Source: Laetmonice hystrix (lineage: Eukaryota). From it: a DNA stretch of 64,000 nt. The stretch covers positions 22,196,001-22,260,000 of the forward strand of contig OZ249438.1 in the NCBI GenBank assembly GCA_965235115.1, written 5' to 3'. Shown piece after piece: positions 54,831 through 64,000 of this stretch. Position numbers and translations under genes: made by a program. How positions within the stretch are numbered: the first letter of the stretch is position 1; each line of letters begins with the position of its first letter. Below the pieces are notes generated by a model. It had not been told where the DNA came from and made no database searches. It was given only the letters and a program-made list of their open reading frames with translations.

Positions 54831-57800
54831 AATGATGCTGCTGACTGACTCCGAGGTGTGGTCTGACGGGGAAGACGCCGGGTCAGTGAGATCTTTCATG
54901 GTCACCTACCTCAACTTCCGAACACTCTGTGTACATGGGGCCTCTTTAACGGTTAATCCACCATGCACCCTGAGGGTTGTCCATGGACGGGTTGGGTTAG
55001 GGCCTCGAGCCAGGCGGACATCGTAACAACATAAAGGATTACTTAACCCGATTCTTAATGTATGCATATACATGGAATGTAAATGGAATGACTTTAGAAA
55101 AGTAACAATACCGTAAAACGTAATAAACGTAATTAAAAATATATCTATTATCATATCCATAGCAATAGCGGAATAAAGATGATGTTCTACTTTCAGGTCA
55201 ACTAATCTTCCTAAAAGCAATCCACGACTATCTCTCATTTCAATGACTCCAAAATGAAGACATGGGCTGTAACTTAAATAATGCCTTAGACTACATAAAT
55301 CAATATGTATGGGCACAGAAATGGAGAACTCTAATCAAATTCAACATTCCAGTTGCCTGTTGTCGCTATGAAGTAATCGTCTTATGGCTGGTTGTTGACA
55401 AAGTAGTTGACCTGTCATTCATGTTCGACTTGGCAAAGTGTTGGTATGCCTTGGGTGCTGTTGTCTCTATCCAAATTTTGTTACTTTGAGATAGTCGTGG
55501 GCTGCTTTAAAGTCAATATTCAGTTATTACATCTGTTCCAAATTATTATAGTTGGATCTGTCTCCAAAGTCGTACTTCTACACAAATACCAAACTCTCAA
55601 GCCTGTTCATCGAGCCAAGCATTTTTGACATATAGACCTTTCTTAACTGCTTAATAGAGTACTGACTGCTGAGAGTGATTAAAAAATGGCCATGATTCTT
55701 TTCCGACCCGGTGCTCCTGGGCCCTGCTCTGATTCGATTGACCTTTCGCCGTGTTCGCCGAGTCGATGGCTCCGTGCTTCCGAAGCCGTTGCGGTCACAT
55801 TGTGACTGGTCACTCGGCTCTCGTTAAAGGTGACGGCTGAACAGGCGGCGCTCACCGTGGGCCACGGATCAAATCCACCGCGATACCCCCATTACAAGCC
55901 CCGTCTGGCCCTTTCTGTGGCCGGATCAGGCTGGACTTTCAGGCCTCTACCGCAGCAGTGAGCTGTGAATTGACCACAATTGCACATGCAACACGTTAGG
56001 CATCTGAAGCGATGCCAGACTGTCCCCACCTCCTCCAAGACCTGCCCCTTTCATTGCCCTTTCCCATTGCCAGCTGCCGTTGCTCATGTGGCCAAACGCT
56101 TGCAGGTCGAGGGACTGGATGTCCATTTAAGCTGTGCCCGTCAGTCACTTCAGCCGCTGCCGAGACCTCTCTATTACAGTGGCCCCTTAACAAATTGGTA
56201 TTGACCACAACAGGAAAAGCGGTCGTTTGTCCACCGACGATGCTAACTGCATTAGGGTGACACGCGGCCATGTAAGTGAATGCCCATTGGGCACACCTTT
56301 AACGCCTAATGGCCGGAGGGGAGGCTGCTTCGTTACTGCTGGCCCTCTCGGCCCTCGCTCACTGCCCTCACGTCAGCGTAACACACGTCTGGAACACGGT
56401 GGACAAGAAGGTCACAGCCCTGGCGGCTAACGACGAACACGATGCGCTTTGTACCGGACATGACTAGTAAATCGTACCATATGGCTATAGTGGAAGGTTG
56501 ACGAAACAAAACAACAACGGACTGCCAATCGGCCTACTTGTTGTAACCCCAATAGTCCTTCATTGATTGGACTCAGGGTTGTGTGCGTGTCCCTGAAAGA
56601 CTCCCTTTAAGAACATTCGGAGTATGGGTAGGAGACAGTGAGAGGAACAGACAGACGGTTCGGCTCTACGACAGAGATCCTGAATGAGTCATCGACTAAA
56701 ACAACAACGTAATCAACCAACTGTATGTCCGAGGACGATCTTCCGCCGGGTTATCACGCGAGTGTCTTTAGTTATGTCCAGGCGACATGCCACGCCATGC
56801 AGGGTTTACATTACAAGCCCACTTTCCTGAATCCACCGCTTCCATCAGGATCCACCAGCAACTTCCACAAGCGTCTAGCCTTACAGGTGTCTTGAGGGGA
56901 GCAGTGCCATCTGCGCACGCGGCGAGCAGCAGCGACCAAGGCCCATGTCTGACTCGATGTTTGGCCACTGCAAGGCTAAGATGGCATTGGTCATGTATGA
57001 TTACTGCTGTGCGTGCCACCCAAACAACCACGACATCCACATAAGACACTGGCGGCATATAACCTTACGGTGTGGCGGGCCCCTTGCGTGTTTACAAGAC
57101 CCACCTTCAGGGACTTGTTCTTAAACAAAACGCAATGTTCTCTGACACACCTGGTAGGTAGCTCTGGCAAAAGAACAGACGCGTCCTTTAGAGAGAATCA
57201 GGGCAGACTGGTATACATGCAAACCACGTGGTTCCGACATGTATCCTAAATAGGACATGGGCCATGTTGTATATAGTGACTTCCGCAGAAAAGGTTTCCT
57301 CGATTCGCTCACCCGTACGGTTTGCATCTAGCCTTGCTATATTCTGTTGAGTCATTACAAGTATAGGCGGCAAATCTTGTGTTGTGTGACTATATCATCT
57401 TGAATTTCGAATATTACGCAGTAGGACATTCGACCAATGAATTTAAAGTCCTGAATCACTGGTTGTGAGGTCCATTTATAACCCGTCACGCACCGGTAAA
57501 ATATATCTAATATAAACGTAAGCCATGGAAATGTGAGAAACTTTCCCTTACAGAAGCAAATCAATAGTTCTTAATGCAAACTTCTGAATGCATCACACAT
57601 CGAGGTTTCGTTGAAGGGATCGACCACTATGGGAGGTTCAGCCACTCATATGGCATTTTTGTTGGCTGCAGGAAGCGTCGGGGATCATCCGTCATTTCCC
57701 TCACAGCGAACGTTTGTATAGGTGAGCCAAGATGTGTTGTGGGGGTCATTGCACTGCCCATTGGCGCTCGCTCTGGGTGTTATGACAACGTAGTCTGTTG

Positions 57801-58103
57801 GTCAGCACAGTCAGTCGGTTGGCCAGATTACACCTTTGTTGGTCAGCGGGCTTGAGCCTCTTTCATTTCCGCTACATCTGAATTACTCTCGCATCTCAAG
57901 CTAATAAACTGTCCCGTATTGGCCAACAGAACAATGTGGCCCGCAACAAAGCTCTGTCCCCCACCGCCCGGCGCACAAAACTCGCTGTCCTTTACTCCAC
58001 GCCTATCTGTTCAACGGTTTCATTTCCTTCGTCGGATGGCATCGGGATCCCTTCTCAATAGGATGGGCAGCATCGAGAAGCACCTTTGGCCACGTCGCCC
58101 AGG

Positions 58104-58105
<2 letters not shown>

Positions 58106-58139
<34 letters not shown>
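58106..58139. repeat. (CT)17 microsatellite
   Basis: Direct reading. Confidence 0.95.
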
Positions 58140-58142
<3 letters not shown>

Positions 58143-58943
58143 ATGCTAAAGATAGGGCCCCCAGATGTTAGATAGTTGCCTTGCACTTAAATCGTTAATG
58201 AAGGCTTTACGTGTAATTTACTTGAATCGGGACTCTGATATTTAGTATGTTTCTCTTGCGACCAGTGTGGATATGCCCATGATAACATGGCAGTCATAAC
58301 TAGGGAAAGCGTTGATTGCATGTAGTGCCATAACAGATAATGACACAATGTGAGATGTATATAATGTGTTTTCTGTCTGCCCTTCATACACAGAATCTAC
58401 ATTTCAACCTTCACAAAATAACTTTTCCGGAAACTTGCATTTGTGACTTTAATGTTGCGAACAGATGGAAATCTTTGTAAGTCATGAATATGCAGAACGG
58501 TCAGAAAGAATGCGTTTCACACACAATCAAATACAACTCTGGAAACTATATACCGAAACTTCTGAAATTAAATGTAGGCTCCTATTTGACGTCTACCTTC
58601 ATCTCCTTGGGGTATAATGTAACATAAGTTCTTACACGTATTAACATATAGGAACAATCGATTCATTTAGCCTCATCCTCCCCGGGGGCCATTGCTCCAC
58701 GTATCGCTATGAAAAAGATCCATCATAGTCGTCTCGTTAAGGCGTTTCCGTTGCTCCAGATCATTTTCTTATCGTAAAATTGAACTTCTTGTCGAATTTA
58801 ACGAGAACGAGACGAGGTGGTCAGAGGTACCAATTTATCGTAAAAATATCGTTATAGTCGATTAGTGCGCACCGTTTGTCTTGGGGCAGGCCACATGACT
58901 AACAACATGGAGCGTGTGGAGAACGTCCGTGTGGACGCCCTTG

Positions 58944-59111
58944 GGCCTTGCTGGAGATACCTGTGTCTGGGTGGACCTGCTTCAACAACTTGTAGATGTA
59001 GATGGAGTAGGATTCCCTCTTCCTCTTCTTGCGCTTCTTGTCGCCCGTGCGGACGGCGTTGGCCTTGCTAGCAGCCTTCTTGGCTCCCTTCGACGCTGGT
59101 TTTGGCGGCAT
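58944..59111 (-). pseudogene. H2B: 3'-truncated histone H2B gene fragment (first 56 codons; orphon)
   Basis: [56 protein letters not shown] matches the H2B tail and helix 1 ([24 protein letters not shown]). Homology stops after SSKA; helices 2/3, the C-terminus and the 3' stem-loop are absent. Confidence 0.95.
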
Positions 59112-59152
59112 GATGTCAGTGTATCGACTAAGATGCCAGTCGGCGCGTTTTG

Positions 59153-59177
59153 TTTATATATGGCGTCGTATGCAAAT
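59153..59177 (-). promoter_or_regulatory. H2B core promoter: octamer ATTTGCAT plus TATA box
   Basis: Minus strand reads ctaATTTGCATacgacgccaTATATAAAc. Octamer at 59170-59177; TATA at 59153-59160, 41 nt upstream of the ATG. Confidence 0.85.
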
Positions 59178-59425
59178 TAGGAGTGAGTTCATCGTGAAAG
59201 GAGCCATTCATGAGTCATCCGCGTTCCGTTGGTGGCGCCACATATTATACCCCGACGCCGTGCCTGTTAGGGAGCAGCTTTGGCGCTGTAGTCGCCGGGC
59301 AGGTTGCCGCCGTCACGTGTGACGCCTAGGCCAATCAGCAGCCATGTATGAACGCGCCGTTTCAGAAATCTAAGCTACTGGCCAGTTACCGGCCCATTTG
59401 ACCAGCAAGATGGCGTCGCTCGCCA

Positions 59426-61064
59426 TGTTACGCGCCATCGGTCGATCTGACCCATCGGCCGATGGGTCAGACCCATCGGTGGATCGGCCAACGGGTCGCC
59501 CATCGACCGATGGGCGACCCATCGGTGGATGCGCGGCGCGCCAGGGTCGCGGCCCATCGGCCAATGGGTCTGACCCATCGGTGGATGGGTGGTTGGTAAA
59601 CCAGGAGACATGGAATGACATGAAAACCTAGAGGAGACAACCTCTCAACCCGAGCCGCAGGCCTCCCTTCAGTCAAGAACTCAGATCACCCAGCCACCTC
59701 CTGTCCAGACCCCACACCCACCTCCTCTCCAGACCTCACACCCACCTCCTGTCCAGACCCCACACCCACCTCCTGTCCAGACCTCACACCCACCTCCTGT
59801 CCAGACCTCACACCCACCTCCTGTCCAGACCCCACACCCACCTCCTGTCCAGACCTCACACCCACCTCTTGCCCAGACCCGACACCCACCTCCTGTCCAG
59901 ACCTCACACCCACCTCCTGTCCAGACCTCACACCCACCTCTCCAGACCTCACACCCACCTCCTGTCCAGACCCGACACCCACCTCCTGTCCAGACCCCAC
60001 ACCCACCTTCTATCCAGACCCCACACCCACCTCCTGTCTAGACCTCACACCCACCTCCTGTCCAGACCTCACACCCACCTACTGCCCAGACCTCACACCC
60101 ACCTCCTGTCCAGACCCCACACCCACCTACTGTCCAGACCTCACACCCACCTACTGCCCAGACCTCACACCCACCTCCTGTTCAGACCCCACACCCACCT
60201 CCTGTCTAGACCTCACACCCACCTCCTGTCCAGACCTCACACCCACCTACTGCCCAGACCTCACACCCACCTCCTGTCCAGACCCCACACCCACCTCCTG
60301 TCCAGACCCCACACCCACCTACTCTCCAGACCTCACACCCACCTCTCCAGACCTCACACCCACCTCCTGTCCAGACCCCACACCCACCTCCTCTCCAGAC
60401 CTCACACCCACCTCTCCAGACCTCACACCCACCTCCTGTCCAGACCCCACACCCACCTTCTCTCCAGACCTCACACCCACCTCCTGTCCAGACCTCACAC
60501 CCACCTCCTGTCCAAACCCTACACCCACCTCCTGTCCAGACTCCACACCCACCTCCTGTCCAGACCTCACACCCACCTCCTCTCCAGACCTCACACCCAC
60601 CTCCTGTCCAGACCTCACACCCACCTCCTGTCCAGACCCTACACCCACCTCCTGTCCAGACTCCACACCCACCTCCTGTCCAGACCTCACACCCACCTCC
60701 TGTCCAGACCTCACACCCACCTCCTGTCCAGACCTCACACCCACCTCCTGTCCAGATCTCACACCTCCTGTCTTAAATCGGTCACCATTGTTGCCATGTT
60801 TGATTACCCCCGGATTTACCCACTGTTAACAATACTCAATTTTTTTCACACACATTTCAAGTTCTGTTAAAGTCTTAAAAGTTAGGGTGCCTACGGCTAA
60901 ACGTTTTTCCTTCATGATAACTAGAGTATAGTCCGTTTTATGTATTGCATCCATGTCTCCTGGTTTACCAACCACCCATCCACCGATGGGTCAGACCCAT
61001 CGGCCTATGGGCCGCGACCCTGGCGCGCGACGCGCATCGACCGATCGACCGATGGCGCGTAACA
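59426..61064. mobile_element. Non-autonomous DNA transposon (1639 bp), TGT...ACA termini, long TIRs, 4-bp TSD; Ginger-like
   Basis: The terminal 22 bp TGTTACGCGCCATCGGTCGATC are perfectly inverted at both ends, and a further approximately 90 bp is also inverted (left TIR 59426-59614, right TIR 60950-61064). GCCA flanks both ends (59422-59425, 61065-61068). No transposase ORF. The superfamily call rests on termini and TSD only. Confidence 0.88.
59693..60772. repeat. Minisatellite, 24-bp unit CACACCCACCTCCTGTCCAGACCT (some 21-bp variants), about 45 copies, inside the TIR element
   Basis: Direct periodicity; source of the SRPHTHLL and GVRSGQEV ORFs. Confidence 0.98.
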
Positions 61065-61675
61065 GCCATAACCCTAGATTTCATAATTTTCATTAATATC
61101 TTATAATAGAAATTATTTACAATAACAATTTATGGATAGTCGTTGCACTTTTAGTCTCGCAGACAACATATCAAAATCCAAGGTTTGGGTTGTGGCTACA
61201 AAATGCTGAAATCTTATCATAAATAAGGTGGTTGGCGCGGGACATCACTCTGGAGGTCCGGCGCCACCTCGATACTATATATAATATGTAGTGAACGGTC
61301 ACGTCTGAAAGTATCGCTTAGATAGATTCGGGTCTGTCTCCCATGAACTGGCTGATGGCTCGGAAGGAGCTTGCATGGGTCCACGTTCGGTCGTAGTCTG
61401 GCAAGACGTGCTGATGGTCACACACTGACAGTATGATGAGTCACCTAGTGTCCACTTGGAGCCGGGAGGGTGCAAGGCTGAGAAAAGTGCGACATGACTC
61501 TTCTAAAGGGATGTAGCAATACAACCCGTTCCCCGTAGTGGGTCGATCTGTGGCATAGTTCCGTATGGCGGCTACCATTGGGTTATCACGTGTTGTCTCA
61601 GACGCCAGATCTTCGAACGTATCTAGTCGACTAAGACCAAGTTCACTTTTTCTTCTTTTTTTCTTCTTCTCTCTG

Positions 61676-61676
<1 letters not shown>

Positions 61677-61728
<52 letters not shown>

Positions 61729-61736
61729 CTCTCTCT
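61677..61736. repeat. (CT)n microsatellite, about 30 units
   Basis: Direct reading. Confidence 0.95.
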
Positions 61737-64000
61737 AAGCACTGGTGCTGTTTTATTGACATTACTCCAGTGCGGTAATGTCCTGTCGAGGCACGCCGAC
61801 CATCGACCTCGACAAGCTAGCAGTGGAGCAGCGTTGCAATGCCTCGTGCTGATTCTTCCATATTAGTGTCAATTTCCAGTTGAATCCAATTGCTATGTTA
61901 TCCTGTCAGACAGTGGTGGACGGCCTACTGGCCAATCGTTCACACGACCATGGCTACTTTGTAACGGGATGACAATGACAATGACCGTCAAACAGATTTA
62001 CTCTTTCCCCTGGCAGACCCGATAGTGCACAGGTTGAGCCGGTCGAGGGGTCGGTTCTTGACCGCAATCGGTCTCTTACCTTCGATGAATTATTATATTA
62101 ACATAACCCCATCATCAACACCAAACATTTCATTTAAAATTTGAAAAGAATAGGTGTTAAAATTACTGGACTGAGTATTCGTATGGAGTAAGATAATTAG
62201 TTCGCATTAAATTTGAAATTGATCTGTATTGACGTATTCACATATGGACAAGTTTGCCGCATTTAATTTTGTTACACCGGGAAGTTAATCCACTGTATTT
62301 TACGCTGATCTAGACTAAACCAAACTTGAGTGGCATCTCGAAATAAACGTCCCTCAACTGGGACAGCAGTGGTCAGATGTATGGGTGTGACGTCATGCTG
62401 TCACATGACGTGTTCACGAGCAAACCAAGACGTCCGCGTCAGGAAGTTAGATAGATGGCATGATTCATACGGAGGTATGTCCATGACATTCCGACTTTTC
62501 CAATCTGTGGGGACAGCTCGATAGAGCCCTACATCTCTACTGCTAAACTCGAGATTACCAGTCAGATTTGATTGTAAAATTTAGACGCTGTTTAGGTGGC
62601 ACGTGCAGGCCAGCAACCTAGTAAAGTCTTCCGCGTGAAGAGCAGTTTGTTTAGCTTTGATGTAGGTCGAGGCAGTGGATGGTGTAGATGGATTGATTGA
62701 ACACCTCTTGCTGGTCAATCATCGATCACGAATCAAGGTCACACCTCTTTTTCGATTGTTTGGCCAACCGAAGGTGAAGGTCACTTCATCCTGCCCCGCT
62801 TCCGGTGAGGGTACCACGTGATGCTGTGTTTGAGTGAGGTGTTGTTGTAGCTGTGTGTGGGTGTGTGCGTAGACCAGTTTGTTTGTTTCTGGGTACCATG
62901 GTAGTTACCAAACATTGTCTATATGGGAAGGTGTACGTGTGGATGTGGTTGTATGGGTGGGTGGTCTCGGGGTTGCAACTACGGTCGGGGGAACAGGGTA
63001 GTGTCAACATTTGCCTTCGGTGCGAGTTGCTGTGGAAGCCAGGCAGGACCAAGTCAACAAGAGCATTAGGCCATTGTCCATGGCCGGTTTGGTCAACATT
63101 GGGATGAATCGATCGATCCGTCGATCGACCGTTCAGGTGACCGTGGTCAGCCAGTCCGGTCTGTGTCATTTACCTAGCGGCGAGGGAGTCTCGCTGCCAG
63201 CTATCGATGGGTACAGCAAAGTCAGCAAGGCAATCATACTATATACAGTTCATGTAGTCAGCCAACACATGCTGACCAGTCCAGCCAGGCAAGACCAAAC
63301 CAAAGAACAAGACCAAACTAAATACTGTCTGTCTGTCAATACAGCCAGCGGGTAGTACCGCGGTGAAACCACGTGTACAGACATTGGAAGTGGTGAAAAA
63401 GCATGACCCCAAGGTTGTATCACGAGAAAACTATGCGGAGGAAGTACAGGTTTTCGATTTTTGGAGACCGAACGGGTTATTTCGTTGGGGGGGGGGGGGG
63501 GGGGCTGCAAGTAGTCATACTATAACTCATATTTTTTAAAGGAACTCAGTACTTATGTGATTGTGTAGGCACATTGCAAGGGTCTTCCGCGATCGGTAAT
63601 TCTATAGTGTCTTCCTTTTAGATGACGTACTCGGCCTATCCATGACATACCCACCCATTGCGTGTTTCCACTCAGCTGAACCTGAGCATTTGTATGCTTT
63701 CCCCATCACTGCTGGGGCAGTTCGGTTTTACGAGCCACGGTGGCGACACATTTCCCGAGGCGAGGGAAACATTTGAAATTTACTGAATGAAAGGTTACGT
63801 TTACTTCCTCGCAAGCAATGATAGTATAATGAAGACGTCAACGGTTCATTATGACAATCTTAAAGTTTCTGATTGGTTGCATGTGACAATGGCGCCGAGC
63901 CTGTTCACGTGGAGCAAACCTACAGTACCGTTACAGTTGTTGGATAGCACTTCACTGACGGTGGCAGTCAGTGACAGGTTTGGGATCGAAAAGAAACAAA

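Noticed and set aside
58728-58815. Inverted repeat TCGTCTCGTTAA...TTAACGAG(AACGAG)ACGA near the H2B break
   Set aside because: Suggests a decayed foldback element, but termini and TSD cannot be defined.
59180-59425. Divergent H2A partner or other histone genes
   Set aside because: A CCAAT is present at 59331, but no H2A TATA or MSGRGK start is seen. Removing the TIR element and one TSD does not restore an ATG. No histone stem-loop was seen.
59869-60870. 333-aa His-rich SRPHTHLL-repeat ORF as a metal-binding structural protein
   Set aside because: It is the 24-bp satellite inside a TIR element, starts at a TTG within the array and has no non-repeat domain.
1-64000. Conserved miRNAs (let-7, mir-100, mir-125, mir-10), rRNA, intact tRNA, transposase or RT ORFs
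   Set aside because: None recognised by eye. Infernal/Rfam and tBLASTn against TE proteins would be needed to exclude decayed copies.

Overview
Eukaryotic, almost entirely non-coding genomic DNA from a draft assembly (two N gaps). CpG is plentiful and the histone H2B tail is invertebrate-type, so a bilaterian invertebrate is likely, possibly a lophotrochozoan; the taxon is inference only. No intact protein-coding gene was recognised. The only clear coding homology is a 5'-half histone H2B fragment (58944-59111, minus) that keeps its TATA box and octamer element. About 13% of the window is mini/satellite arrays (12 arrays, units 10-75 bp), and these produce most of the long ORFs in the track. 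There are three non-autonomous TIR elements: a hAT-like MITE with a 6-bp TSD, a MITE carrying a palindromic array, and a 1.64-kb TGT...ACA element with a 4-bp TSD (Ginger-like) carrying a 24-bp satellite. The unique DNA holds clustered TF motifs (Runx, TAATTG homeodomain, CTCF, nuclear-receptor direct repeats), consistent with a large regulatory intergenic or intronic region. Most striking observation: the palindrome TAGGCCTA is about 10-fold over-represented, and the 49-bp satellite shows two independent TA -> TA-GGCC-TA insertions, the form expected for excision footprints of a TA-targeting, GG...CC-ended transposon. TACATGTA is enriched in parallel.
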